Both the position numbers and the translations under genes were made by a program. The notes beneath the pieces were generated by a model, which worked only from the letters and a program-made list of their open reading frames with translations, was not told the origin of the DNA and ran no database searches. Of a stretch of DNA of 64,000 nucleotides, positions 44,876-54,672 are shown piece by piece. Source of the DNA: Faecousia sp. (GTDB lineage Bacteria > Bacillota > Clostridia > Oscillospirales > Oscillospiraceae); assembly GCA_045594845.1 (NCBI GenBank), contig JAZNZH010000049.1, positions 16,790-80,789 on the forward strand. The letters are read 5' to 3'. Position 1 is the stretch's first letter, and each line of letters starts with the position of its first letter.

Positions 44876-46234
44876 GTGAATATTATTATTGCAGGTGGTG
44901 GCAAGGTTGGTCTGTCTCTGGCGCAAAAATTGGCGGCAGAGGGACACAGCCTGACTTTGATCGACCGGGATCAGAGCGTACTGAGAGCAGCAGTGGAGCA
45001 GTTGGATGCCATTGGGGTATCCGGAAACTGCGCCTCCAGAGAGATTCTGCTCCGGGGTGGCGTCAAGGAGGCAGATCTTTTGATCGCCACAGCCAGCGCC
45101 GATGAGGTGAATCTGCTTTGTTGCATGACAGCTCACGGTATCAATCCCAATTTACATACCATTGCCCGTATCCGCACCCCGGAATACACCCAGCAGGTCA
45201 TGACTATGCGGGAGACCTTCCCGCTGTCTTTGACGGTAAATCCTGAGCATCGGGCAGCAACAGAGATTCAGCGCCTTTTGCGGTATCCGGGTTTCTTGCG
45301 CCGAGACACCTTTGCCAAGGGCAGAGCGGAGATCGTGGAACTTCGCATTGACAGCCGCAGTAAGCTGTGCAATGTGGCGCTGAGCCAGATGAGTGATGTG
45401 GTGAAGTGCCGGGTGCTGGTGTGCGCGGTTCTTCGGGCCGGCTCTGCAGTGGCTCCCAGCGGCAATTTTGTACTGCAGGAGGGTGACCGGATCTTCGTGA
45501 CCGCACCCACCTCCGATTTGGAACTGATGCTGAAGAACCTGGGTGTGATTACCCGTAAAGTCCGAAAAGTCCTCCTGTGCGGCGGCGGCCGTGTCAGCTA
45601 TTATTTGGCAGATATGCTGGAGAGCAGCAAAATCGGCGTAAAGATTCTGGAAAAAGACCCCAAACGCTGCCGGGATCTGGCAGAGACTTTATCTCAGAGT
45701 CAGGTGATTTGCGGCGATTGCAGTGATTATGCATTTTTGGAAGAGCAGGGAGTACAGGACTATGATGCGCTGGTAAGTCTGACAGGTATGGACGAAAGCA
45801 ATATGATCATATCACTGTATGCGGCCAGTCAGGGCGTGCCTCAGGTGATCACCAAAATCGGCCGTTCCGAAAACGGTTCCATTGCAGACCATATTGCCTT
45901 AGGCAGTACCATTTGTCCCACGGAGCTGTGCTGCAATATTATTGTCCGGTATGTCCGGGCTATGCAAAACCAAACCGGTGCGGCAGTGTCGATCCATTCC
46001 ATTGCCGACGGTCAGGCTGAAGCGGTGGAATTTTTGGTGGATGAGAAGACTCGTAACTGCGGCGTCCCTCTGAAGCAGATGAAGCTGCGACCCAATGTAC
46101 TGATCGTGAACATCACCCGGGGTACAGACACCCAGATTCCCGGCGGTGACTCTTTTTTCCAGCCCGGGGATACCATCGTGGTGGTTACCAGCGCTCAGGG
46201 CGCACTGCAACAGATCAATGACATTTTTGCCTGA
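44876..46234 (+). CDS. trkA: Trk potassium uptake regulatory subunit
   Basis: Two RCK_N domains (GGGKVG, GGGRVS), each followed by RCK_C. Confidence 0.94.
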   Translation: MNIIIAGGGKVGLSLAQKLAAEGHSLTLIDRDQSVLRAAVEQLDAIGVSGNCASREILLRGGVKEADLLIATASADEVNLLCCMTAHGINPNLHTIARIRTPEYTQQVMTMRETFPLSLTVNPEHRAATEIQRLLRYPGFLRRDTFAKGRAEIVELRIDSRSKLCNVALSQMSDVVKCRVLVCAVLRAGSAVAPSGNFVLQEGDRIFVTAPTSDLELMLKNLGVITRKVRKVLLCGGGRVSYYLADMLESSKIGVKILEKDPKRCRDLAETLSQSQVICGDCSDYAFLEEQGVQDYDALVSLTGMDESNMIISLYAASQGVPQVITKIGRSENGSIADHIALGSTICPTELCCNIIVRYVRAMQNQTGAAVSIHSIADGQAEAVEFLVDEKTRNCGVPLKQMKLRPNVLIVNITRGTDTQIPGGDSFFQPGDTIVVVTSAQGALQQINDIFA

Positions 46235-46243
46235 GGAAGCTGT

Positions 46244-47707
46244 ATGAATTATAAGATGATGGGGCGGTTTATCGCCCAGATACTGCTGATTGAGGCAGTA
46301 TTCCTGATTCCGGCGCTTTGTATCAGCCTGGGATATGGGGAGTACGCTGCGGTGATAGCCTTTTTGGAGACTATGGCGGTAGCGTTGGCAGCCGGTGGCC
46401 TGCTGTATTTGTTTTGCGGCAAGTCGGGGCGCCTGTTCGGTATCCAGGAAGGCTTTTTGAGCGTGGGTTTCGGATGGATTGCGCTTTCCTTGGTGGGTTG
46501 CTTGCCTTTTGTGCTTTCCGGTGCGATTCCCAAGTTTATCGATGCGTTTTTTGAGATCGTTTCCGGTTTTACAACCACCGGCGCATCTATTTTGTCGGAC
46601 GTGGAAGGCTTGCCGAAGGGCCTGCTGTATTGGCGTAGTTTCAGCCACTGGGTAGGCGGTATGGGCGTGCTGGTGTTTTTGCTGGCAGTGTCTCCCAGCG
46701 GTAAGGGCGGCGGCTTTACGATGCATCTTCTGCGGGCGGAAAGCCCCGGTCCCGATGTGGGCAAGCTGGTGCCGAAAATGCGGCAGACTGCGATGATTCT
46801 TTACCTGATCTATATCGCGATGACGGTCCTTAACATTATTTTCCTGCTGGCAGGCAGATTGCCTGTGCTGGATGCGGTGTGTATTGCTTTTGGCACGGCG
46901 GGTACCGGCGGTTTCGGCGTCTATAATGATTCCCTTGCATCCTGCTCGCCTTATGTGATCAATGTCACTACGGCCTTTATGTTACTGTTCGGCGTGAACT
47001 TCAGCTGCTATTATCTTTTGCTTTTGCGCCAGTTTAAATCTGTGGTGAAGGATGAAGAGCTGCGATTGTATGTTCTGATTGCCGCAGTGGCCACAGCGCT
47101 GATCGGTATCAATATCTACAATAAAAGCAGCGCGCTGTACGATACCGTAGGAGAGACGATAATGCACTCTGCATTCCAGGTCTCTTCCATTATGACGACC
47201 ACCGGCTTTTCCACGGTGGACTTTAACCTGTGGCCTGCGTTTTCCAAGGGTATTTTGCTGACGCTGATGGTGATCGGTGCCTGCGCCGGTTCTACCGGCG
47301 GCGGCATCAAGGTGGCCCGTGTGCTGCTGATCTTTAAGAGCCTGCGTCGGAATATCCGCCAGACCCTGAATCCTAAAAAAGTTCAGGTGGTCCGCAATAA
47401 CGGCGGTGCTGTGGATGAGCAGGTGATCACCAATACCAATGCCTATCTGGCAGCCTATGTGATCATTGTGGTGGTCAGCTTTTTAGTGGTGTCGCTGGAT
47501 AAGTTCTCCGTGGAGACCAATATTTCCGCGGTGCTGGCTTGCTTCAACAATATTGGTCCCGGTATGGATGCGGTAGGTCCGATGACGAATTATTCCGCAT
47601 ACAGCACTCTTTCAAAGGCTATCCTTGCGGTGGATATGCTGGCAGGCCGTCTGGAGATCTTCCCGATTCTGGTATTATTTTCCCGCAGTGCTTGGTCCCG
47701 CAGATGA
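46244..47707 (+). CDS. trkH: Trk potassium uptake membrane subunit
   Basis: SGFTTTGAS, GGMG, GTGGF, TTTGF, GSTGGGIK, NNIGPG and GRLEI motifs. Confidence 0.95.
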   Translation: MNYKMMGRFIAQILLIEAVFLIPALCISLGYGEYAAVIAFLETMAVALAAGGLLYLFCGKSGRLFGIQEGFLSVGFGWIALSLVGCLPFVLSGAIPKFIDAFFEIVSGFTTTGASILSDVEGLPKGLLYWRSFSHWVGGMGVLVFLLAVSPSGKGGGFTMHLLRAESPGPDVGKLVPKMRQTAMILYLIYIAMTVLNIIFLLAGRLPVLDAVCIAFGTAGTGGFGVYNDSLASCSPYVINVTTAFMLLFGVNFSCYYLLLLRQFKSVVKDEELRLYVLIAAVATALIGINIYNKSSALYDTVGETIMHSAFQVSSIMTTTGFSTVDFNLWPAFSKGILLTLMVIGACAGSTGGGIKVARVLLIFKSLRRNIRQTLNPKKVQVVRNNGGAVDEQVITNTNAYLAAYVIIVVVSFLVVSLDKFSVETNISAVLACFNNIGPGMDAVGPMTNYSAYSTLSKAILAVDMLAGRLEIFPILVLFSRSAWSRR

Positions 47708-47730
47708 TTTTTATAGAAAAGCGAGAGTTT

Positions 47731-47767
47731 GGAGCCTTTTTTCCGATGGAAAAAAGGCTCCCTTTTT
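47731..47767 (+). terminator. Rho-independent terminator
   Basis: GGAGCCTTTTTTCC-gat-GGAAAAAAGGCTCC followed by a T run. Confidence 0.8.
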
Positions 47768-47929
47768 GTGTAAATTTGTAGAAATACATAAAAATTTTGC
47801 AAAAAATTTAGTTTTTATGGCAAATCTATGAAAAGTTGCTTTTTTTCAAGAAAAAAGTATTGATTTTAGGGCATTTTTCGCATACAATAGGTGCACTGTG
47901 GACTTTTTGAGGAAACAGAGGTGAACGTA

Positions 47930-48409
47930 TTGCTGAACATTGTACTGGTTGAGCCGGAGATTCCTCAGAATTGCGGCAATATTGCCCGGACCTGCGCGGC
48001 TACCGGCGCCCGGCTGCATCTGATCCATCCGCTGGGGTTTGATGTGTCGGAAAAGGCAGTCAAACGCGCTGGCCTGGACTATTGGCATCTGGTGCAGGTT
48101 TATGAATACGATAACCTGAAAGACTTCTTCGAGAAAAATCAGGTGCAGCAGATGTGGTGTCTTTCCACAAAGGCTCCCAGAAGCTACACCGAAGCAAAGT
48201 TTCAGGACGAGTGCTACCTGTTCTTCGGCAAGGAGACCAAGGGTCTGCCGGAGGATTTTCTGCAGGCCCACCGGGATGCATGCATCCGGCTGCCAATGCG
48301 GCAGGAGGCCAGAAGCCTGAATTTGTCCAATGCGGTGGCCATCACCGTTTTTGAAGCTCTGCGGCAGCTGGACTTTCCCGGCCTGCAGGACTACGGCAAA
48401 ATGAAATGA
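47930..48409 (+). CDS. trmL: tRNA (cytidine/uridine(34)-2'-O)-methyltransferase
   Basis: EPEIPQNCGNI, RAGLDYW, FGKETKGL and RSLNLSN motifs; TTG start after GAGGTG. Confidence 0.93.
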   Translation: MLNIVLVEPEIPQNCGNIARTCAATGARLHLIHPLGFDVSEKAVKRAGLDYWHLVQVYEYDNLKDFFEKNQVQQMWCLSTKAPRSYTEAKFQDECYLFFGKETKGLPEDFLQAHRDACIRLPMRQEARSLNLSNAVAITVFEALRQLDFPGLQDYGKMK

Positions 48410-48439
48410 TAATGAAAATTTAATCAGGGAGGAACCACA

Positions 48440-49639
48440 ATGAACTACAACAAGAAATCCATTGAGGATATTGAGGTAGCCGGCAAGCGCGTTCTGTGCC
48501 GCTGCGACTTCAACGTTCCCACCAAGGAAGGCAAGATCACTTCCGACAAGCGTATCGTTGCCGCAATGCCCACCATCGAGTACCTGGTCAATAAGGGCGC
48601 TAAGGTCATTCTCTGCTCCCATATGGGTAAGCCCAAGGGTGAGTGGAAGCCCGAGCTGAGCCTGAAGATCGTGGCTGACCGCCTCAGCGAGCTGCTGGGT
48701 AAAGAAGTGGTTATGGCCAACGATGTGGCAGGCGAGGATGCAAAGACAAAGGCTGCTGCTCTGAAGGATGGCGACGTCATGCTGCTGGAGAACACCCGTT
48801 ATATCAAGGGTGAGACCAAGAACGATCCCGAGCTTTCCAAGGCTCTGGCTGACCTGGCTGATATCTTTGTTAACGATGCTTTCGGCACCGCACACCGCGC
48901 TCACTCCTCCACCGCCGGCGTAGCAGACTACCTGCCTGCTGTTTCCGGTTACCTGGTGCAGAAGGAAGTTTCCATTATGGGTAAGGCTCTGGCCAATCCC
49001 GAGCGTCCCTTCGTTGCCATCCTGGGCGGCGCTAAGGTTTCCGACAAGCTGAACGTTATCAACAACCTGCTGGAAAAGGTTGACACCCTGATCATCGGCG
49101 GCGGTATGGCTTACACCTTCCTGGCTGCACAGGGTCTGACCGTTGGTAAGTCCCTGGTGGACAACGAGAAGCTGGAGTACTGCAAGGAAATGATGGCAAA
49201 GGCTGAGGCTAAGGGCGTAAAGCTCCTGCTGCCTGTGGACACTGCTGTTGCAGATTCCTTCCCCTCTCCCATCGATGCTGAGATCCCTGTTGAATATGTG
49301 GATTGCACCGCAATTCCTGCTGACAAGATGGGTCTGGATATCGGTCCCAAGGCTGCTGCTGAGTTTGCCGCAGCTGCCAAGGCTGCCAAGACCGTGGTTT
49401 GGAACGGCCCCATGGGCGTGTTCGAGAACCCTGTGCTGGCTAAGGGTACCATCGCAGTTGCTCAGGCTCTGGCCGACAGCGACGCTGTGACCATCGTTGG
49501 CGGCGGCGACAGCGCTGCAGCTTGCGAGCAGCTGGGCTTTGCTTCTCAGATCACCCACATTTCCACCGGCGGCGGCGCTTCCCTGGAGTTCCTGGAAGGC
49601 CTGGAGCTGCCCGGTATCGCTTGCCTGGAAGACAAATAA
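48440..49639 (+). CDS. pgk: Phosphoglycerate kinase
   Basis: [33 protein letters not shown] and STGGGASLE motifs. Confidence 0.98.
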   Translation: MNYNKKSIEDIEVAGKRVLCRCDFNVPTKEGKITSDKRIVAAMPTIEYLVNKGAKVILCSHMGKPKGEWKPELSLKIVADRLSELLGKEVVMANDVAGEDAKTKAAALKDGDVMLLENTRYIKGETKNDPELSKALADLADIFVNDAFGTAHRAHSSTAGVADYLPAVSGYLVQKEVSIMGKALANPERPFVAILGGAKVSDKLNVINNLLEKVDTLIIGGGMAYTFLAAQGLTVGKSLVDNEKLEYCKEMMAKAEAKGVKLLLPVDTAVADSFPSPIDAEIPVEYVDCTAIPADKMGLDIGPKAAAEFAAAAKAAKTVVWNGPMGVFENPVLAKGTIAVAQALADSDAVTIVGGGDSAAACEQLGFASQITHISTGGGASLEFLEGLELPGIACLEDK

Positions 49640-49658
49640 TTAAAGAAAACCTTTCACC

Positions 49659-49686
49659 GCAGAGCGGAGGAAAACCTCCGCTCTGC
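49659..49686 (+). other. Intercistronic 12-bp stem-loop without U tail
   Basis: GCAGAGCGGAGG-aaaa-CCTCCGCTCTGC. Confidence 0.7.
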
Positions 49687-49744
49687 CCCAATTTTGTAAA
49701 CAACATCGTATTTGCGATGCGTATATAGTAAGGAGATAATAGTT

Positions 49745-50521
49745 ATGAACAGAAAGTACCGCAAGACTGTCATCGCCGGTAACTGGAAGATGAACAAGAC
49801 CCCCAGCGAGACCAAGGAATTTATGACCCAGTTCAAGGCCATCCTGCCCAAGGGCCGCTGGTGTGATATCGCTCTGTGCGTTCCCGCAGTGTGCATTCCC
49901 GCTGCTTACCGCGCTATGCGTGAGACCCGCGTGGGTATCGGTGCAGAGAACTGCCATGCAGCTGCATCCGGCGCATACACCGGTGAGATCGCTGCCAATA
50001 TGCTGGTGGACGCCGGCTGTAAGTACGTAATCATCGGCCACTCCGAGCGCCGTGAGATGGGCGAGACCGACGCAATGGTCAACGCCAAGGTCCAGGCTGC
50101 TCTGGAAGCAGGTCTGATCCCCATCCTGTGCTGTGGCGAGACCCTGGCACAGCGCGAGAGCGGCATCACCGCTGAGCACATCACCATGCAGATCAAGCTG
50201 GGTCTGCAGAACATTCCCGAAGAGAAGGTTCGCAAGGTGATCATCGCCTATGAGCCCATCTGGGCCATCGGCACCGGCCTGACCGCTACCCCCGAGCAGG
50301 CTGAGGAGGTTTGCGAAATGATCCGTTCTGTGGTCCGCAAGCTGTACACCTCCAAGACCGCCCGTGCTACCTCCATCCTGTACGGCGGCAGCATGAACGA
50401 GAAGAACGCCTACGAGCTGCTGGCTCAGCCCGACATCGACGGCGGCCTGATCGGCGGCGCTTCCCTGGTTCCCGAGAAGTTCGTTAAGATCATCGAGGCA
50501 GCCAACCAGCCCATCGTGTAA
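49745..50521 (+). CDS. tpiA: Triosephosphate isomerase
   Basis: AGNWKMN, IGHSERR, AYEPIWAIGTG and DGGLIGGASL motifs. Confidence 0.98.
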   Translation: MNRKYRKTVIAGNWKMNKTPSETKEFMTQFKAILPKGRWCDIALCVPAVCIPAAYRAMRETRVGIGAENCHAAASGAYTGEIAANMLVDAGCKYVIIGHSERREMGETDAMVNAKVQAALEAGLIPILCCGETLAQRESGITAEHITMQIKLGLQNIPEEKVRKVIIAYEPIWAIGTGLTATPEQAEEVCEMIRSVVRKLYTSKTARATSILYGGSMNEKNAYELLAQPDIDGGLIGGASLVPEKFVKIIEAANQPIV

Positions 50522-50524
50522 TTG

Positions 50525-50556
50525 AAAAGAGGCAGTCTGCGGACTGCCTCTTTTTT
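50525..50556 (+). terminator. Rho-independent terminator
   Basis: AAAAGAGGCAGTC-tgcg-GACTGCCTCTTTTTT. Confidence 0.9.
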
Positions 50557-50567
50557 ATAATGAGCAA

Positions 50568-50596
50568 TTGACAATTGTCGGCTGACAATGTATCCT
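50568..50596 (+). promoter_or_regulatory. SigA-type promoter for sua5-coaE
   Basis: TTGACA-17 bp-TATCCT; the spacer contains ATTGTC-N4-GACAAT. Confidence 0.62.
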
Positions 50597-50629
50597 TAAA
50601 TAAAAGTGTCGATTGCTTGGAGAGATACT

Positions 50630-51664
50630 ATGGAAACGTTGATTTTGAAAGCCAATGAGGCAAAAGTTGCCCAAGTTGCTGCAAATTTCATAAAAGCGGG
50701 CGATCTGGTGGCGCTGCCTACCGAGACGGTTTACGGCCTGGGCGCCAACGGCCTGGATCCGGAAGCGGTGGCAAAGATTTTCCATGTCAAAGGACGGCCC
50801 CAGGATAATCCTCTGATCCTCCATATTGCCGACCCGGAGCAGATGGAGCTGTTCTGTAAGGAAATTCCGGAAAGCGCCTGGCGTTTAGCGGAGAGCTTTT
50901 GGCCCGGTCCGCTGACCATGGTGCTGCCTGCAAAGGAGATCGTGCCCAAATGTACCACGGCAGGTCTGCCTACGGTGGCGGTACGATGCCCGGACTGCGA
51001 GATCACCCGGAACATTATCCGCAAAGCAGGCCTGCCTGTGGCGGCGCCTTCGGCCAATATTTCCGGCAAACCCTCCACAACTTCTGCCCAGCATGTTTTT
51101 GATGATCATAACGGAAAAATTCCGCTGATCGTGGACGGCGGCCCCTGCCGTGTGGGCGTGGAGTCCACCATTATCGATTTGACGGAAAATCCTCCCCGGC
51201 TTTTGCGCCCCGGCGGCATTACCCCCGAGCAGCTGACTGAGGTTCTGGGAGAGATCACGGTGGATAAAGCCGTTACCGCCCAGATCGATCACGATGCTGT
51301 GGTGAAAGCCCCCGGTATGAAATACCGTCATTATGCCCCCCAATGCCAGGTGCTGATCGTGTCCGGCAGTCGGGAACAGGCGGCGGAGTATATTCATAAG
51401 GTATGGCAGCCCGGTGACCGGGTGCTGTGTTTCCGGGAGGAACTGGCGTTGTATGCCGATTGCGCCCCCCTGGCCTACGGCGAAGAGGGAAATGTGAACA
51501 CCCTGTCTGCCGGTCTGTTTGAAGCGCTGCGGATCCTGGATGACCCCAATGTGAGGACGGTCTATGCCCGTTGCCCGGAGGGTGGCGGTGTGGCCTACGC
51601 GGTGCAGAACCGACTGAAAAAGGCAGCGGCATTTCGTATCATTGACCCGGAGGTGGGCGTATGA
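50630..51664 (+). CDS. sua5: L-threonylcarbamoyladenylate synthase, Sua5 type
   Basis: PTETVYGL, KGRPQDNPLI, PGPLT, APSANISG and PGMKYRHYAP motifs. Confidence 0.95.
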   Translation: METLILKANEAKVAQVAANFIKAGDLVALPTETVYGLGANGLDPEAVAKIFHVKGRPQDNPLILHIADPEQMELFCKEIPESAWRLAESFWPGPLTMVLPAKEIVPKCTTAGLPTVAVRCPDCEITRNIIRKAGLPVAAPSANISGKPSTTSAQHVFDDHNGKIPLIVDGGPCRVGVESTIIDLTENPPRLLRPGGITPEQLTEVLGEITVDKAVTAQIDHDAVVKAPGMKYRHYAPQCQVLIVSGSREQAAEYIHKVWQPGDRVLCFREELALYADCAPLAYGEEGNVNTLSAGLFEALRILDDPNVRTVYARCPEGGGVAYAVQNRLKKAAAFRIIDPEVGV

Positions 51665-52239
51665 TCATTGGAATCACCGGCGGCACCGGCAGCGGCAAGA
51701 CCACCTTTTTGAAAGTGGTGGAAGAGATCGGCGGTCTGGCGCTGGACTGCGATGCCATTTATCACGAATTACTGAAAACCGATAAAGACCTGCTGGACGC
51801 CATAGAAGCCCGGTTTCCCGGCACGGTAAAAGAGGGCGAACTTGACAGAAAAGCATTGGGAAATCTTGTGTTTTCCGATGAGGTGGCGCTGCAGGAGCTG
51901 AATAAGATCACCCACAGCGCGGTAAAATCAGAAGTACTGCAGCGGCTCCAAAATGCCCCCGATCTGGTGGCGATCGATGCCATCGGCCTTTTTGAAAGCG
52001 GACTGAACGAACTGTGTGACACCACTGTGGCGGTGATCGCCCCTATCAAAATGCAGATCGAGAGGGTCTGTCAGCGGGACGGCGTTTCTTTTGCGTACGC
52101 AAAGAAGCGCATCTTTGCCCAAAAACAGCCCAAGACCTACGCATCCCTGTGTGACTATCAGCTGCACAATGACAAAACGGAAGAAGCTTTTCGGGAAAAA
52201 TGCCTTGCTTTTTTACGCCGTCAGATTATAATGAAATAA
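51661..52239 (+). CDS. coaE: Dephospho-CoA kinase
   Basis: GITGGTGSGKT, D.D, LDRKALG..VF and L..ITH motifs. Confidence 0.92.
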   Translation: MIIGITGGTGSGKTTFLKVVEEIGGLALDCDAIYHELLKTDKDLLDAIEARFPGTVKEGELDRKALGNLVFSDEVALQELNKITHSAVKSEVLQRLQNAPDLVAIDAIGLFESGLNELCDTTVAVIAPIKMQIERVCQRDGVSFAYAKKRIFAQKQPKTYASLCDYQLHNDKTEEAFREKCLAFLRRQIIMK

Positions 52240-52254
52240 AAACCGTAAAGGAGA

Positions 52255-53646
52255 ATGAATATGACCACTGAAGAACTGCGCAAAGAGCTGCTGGCCGAAA
52301 AGAAAAACGGCTATACCCGCATCACTGCGGAGCAGAAGGAAGAAATGAACGCTTACTGCAAGCGTTATATGGCATTTATGGATGCCTGCAAGACCGAGCG
52401 GGAAGCTACCGCCTGGGCAGTTGCTGAGGCCGAGAAAAACGGCTTTAAGCCCTTTACCCCCGGAATGGACGCAAAGCCCGGCGATAAGATCTACTACAAC
52501 AACCGGGGCAAGGCCATTGCTCTGGCTGTGGTGGGTAAGGAATCCCTGGCAAAGGGCGCCAATATTTGCGCTGCTCACGTGGATTCTCCCCGTATGGACA
52601 TTAAGCCCAATCCCCTCTACGAGGACGGCGAGATCGCATACCTGAAGACCCATTACTATGGTGGTATCAAGAAGTACCAGTGGCCCACTGTGGAGCTGGC
52701 ACTCCACGGCGTTGTCTGCCGCAAGGATGGCACGACTGTGCAGGTGAACATCGGCGAGGACGCCGGTGATCCCGTGCTGATGGTGTCTGATCTGCTGATC
52801 CATCTGGCAAGCGACCAGATGCAGAAGACTGCTGCCCAGGTCATTGCCGGTGAGCAGTTGAATGTGATCATGGGTACTGAGCCCATCGAGGGCGAGGGCA
52901 GCGACCTGGTGAAGCTGAATATTATGAAGCTGCTGAACGAGAAGTACGGTATTACCGAGCCTGACTTCCTGTCTGCTGAGCTGAATGTGGTGCCTGCGGG
53001 CAAGTGCCGTGAGGTGGGTCTGGACCGCAGCCTGATCAGCGCCTACGGCCACGACGACCGGGTCTGCTCCTACGCAGAGCTGGAAGCCCTGTTCACCATC
53101 GACACTCCCAACAAGACCGCTGTCTGTATCCTGGCTGACAAGGAAGAAATCGGCTCTGTGGGCGTTTCCGGTATGCAGAGCGCTTACTTTGAGCATTTCA
53201 TGGGCGCAATGTGCGACGCCCAGGGTGTCAAGCTGGAGGACTGCTTTGCCAACTCCTTCTGCCTGTCCGCTGACGTTTCCAACGCCTTCGATCCCAACTT
53301 CCCCGAGACTGTGGACCGCCGCAACAATTCTCAGCTGAACTACGGTGTTTCCATATGCAAGTACACCGGTTCCCGGGGTAAGGGCGGCGCAAGCGATGCC
53401 TCCGCTGAGGCAATGTGCCACATCCGCAAGACCTTCGACGATGCCGGTGTTATCTGGCAGATCGCAACCCTGGGTAAAGTTGACCAGGGCGGTGGCGGCA
53501 CTGTGGCAGCTTACATGGCCAACCGGAACATCGTCACTGTGGACGCAGGTGTGCCTGTGCTGAGCATGCACGCACCTCTGGAACTGGTCAGCAAGCTGGA
53601 CTGCTACGAGACCATGCTGGCCTGCAAGGCTATCTACCTGGCATAA
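52255..53646 (+). CDS. M18-family aminopeptidase
   Basis: AHVDSPR, HYYGGIKKYQW, GHDDR, KEEIGS and LSMHAP motifs. Confidence 0.93.
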   Translation: MNMTTEELRKELLAEKKNGYTRITAEQKEEMNAYCKRYMAFMDACKTEREATAWAVAEAEKNGFKPFTPGMDAKPGDKIYYNNRGKAIALAVVGKESLAKGANICAAHVDSPRMDIKPNPLYEDGEIAYLKTHYYGGIKKYQWPTVELALHGVVCRKDGTTVQVNIGEDAGDPVLMVSDLLIHLASDQMQKTAAQVIAGEQLNVIMGTEPIEGEGSDLVKLNIMKLLNEKYGITEPDFLSAELNVVPAGKCREVGLDRSLISAYGHDDRVCSYAELEALFTIDTPNKTAVCILADKEEIGSVGVSGMQSAYFEHFMGAMCDAQGVKLEDCFANSFCLSADVSNAFDPNFPETVDRRNNSQLNYGVSICKYTGSRGKGGASDASAEAMCHIRKTFDDAGVIWQIATLGKVDQGGGGTVAAYMANRNIVTVDAGVPVLSMHAPLELVSKLDCYETMLACKAIYLA

Positions 53647-53647
53647 T

Positions 53648-53684
53648 AAAAAAGCACCGGAGTTTCTTCCGGTGCTTTTCTTTT
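53648..53684. terminator. Bidirectional terminator
   Basis: AAAAGCACCGGA-gtttct-TCCGGTGCTTTT. Confidence 0.88.
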
Positions 53685-54621
53685 ATTGCCAGTCTGGGAT
53701 GATGGTTTCCCGCAGGGGGAGTGTGTGAAGAATTTCTGATGTAATGGCGCGGAATTCTCCAATATCTGTGGTTTTTCGCAGCCTTTTTCCAAGTTTTTCG
53801 CTGTTTTCAAATTTGCACAAAAGCATATGCCATTGCTCTTTCATCCGGAACATTGCATTCCGTGGGCCGCCGAAATTTTCCACATATTCCTGCAGGAGTT
53901 CGGCTAAAAATGCGGCCAATGTTTCCCGCTGAGTGCCGCCGTCTGTCAGCATACCCGGGTCGGCAATGAGACCCCGGCCCAGCATCACCGCACTCACTGT
54001 GGGGAATGCCTTGCTGAAGGCTTCAATTTGCTTTTTGGAGCAGAGATTACCGTTAAAGCACAGGGGGCTTTTGCTGTTGGCTACGGCGTAGCGGAAAACA
54101 TCCATATCCACAGCCCCGCTGTAAAATGCTTTGCGGACCCGGGGGTGGATGATCAGCTCCCGGATGGGGTAGCGGTTGAAGATCTCCAGAATTTCAGAAA
54201 ATTCTTCCGGGCTTTCAAAGCCGATCCGGGTCTTTACGGAAACCGGCACAGGGGTACTTGCAAACACACATTCCAAAAACGAATCCAAATGCTCCGGCTC
54301 CCGGAGCATACCGGAACCCTTCCCTTTGGCGGTGACAGTGCCGGAGGGGCAGCCCACATTCAGATTTACTTCCTCATAGCCTAGGTTTGCGCACTGCTGC
54401 GCCATCCACAGAAAATCCTCCGGGACTTTGGTCAGCAGCTGGGGGACTAAGGGAAAGTCCGGCTTTTCCAGCTCCCGCTGCTCTTTGGGAGTGAGACTGC
54501 GGTGCACAGTGGGGGAGAGAAAAGGGGTGTAGTACCGGTCTATACCGGGGAAATGTTTGTGATGTACCCGGCGGTAAATGCAGTCGGTAATGCCCTCCAT
54601 AGGGGCGAAATAAACGTTCAT
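53683..54621 (-). CDS. tRNA-dihydrouridine synthase family protein
   Basis: APMEGIT, NLNVGCP, SVKTRIG, IHPR, NG and MLGRG motifs. Confidence 0.92.
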   Translation of the reverse strand: MNVYFAPMEGITDCIYRRVHHKHFPGIDRYYTPFLSPTVHRSLTPKEQRELEKPDFPLVPQLLTKVPEDFLWMAQQCANLGYEEVNLNVGCPSGTVTAKGKGSGMLREPEHLDSFLECVFASTPVPVSVKTRIGFESPEEFSEILEIFNRYPIRELIIHPRVRKAFYSGAVDMDVFRYAVANSKSPLCFNGNLCSKKQIEAFSKAFPTVSAVMLGRGLIADPGMLTDGGTQRETLAAFLAELLQEYVENFGGPRNAMFRMKEQWHMLLCKFENSEKLGKRLRKTTDIGEFRAITSEILHTLPLRETIIPDWQ

Positions 54622-54636
54622 AATCAATATCTCTCT

Positions 54637-54668
54637 AAGAAAGCGGGGAGGGCCGATGCCCTCCCCGC
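54637..54668 (-). terminator. Terminator after rnj
   Basis: Minus strand GCGGGGAGGGC-atcg-GCCCTCCCCGC followed by TTTCTT. Confidence 0.8.
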
Positions 54669-54672
54669 ATAT

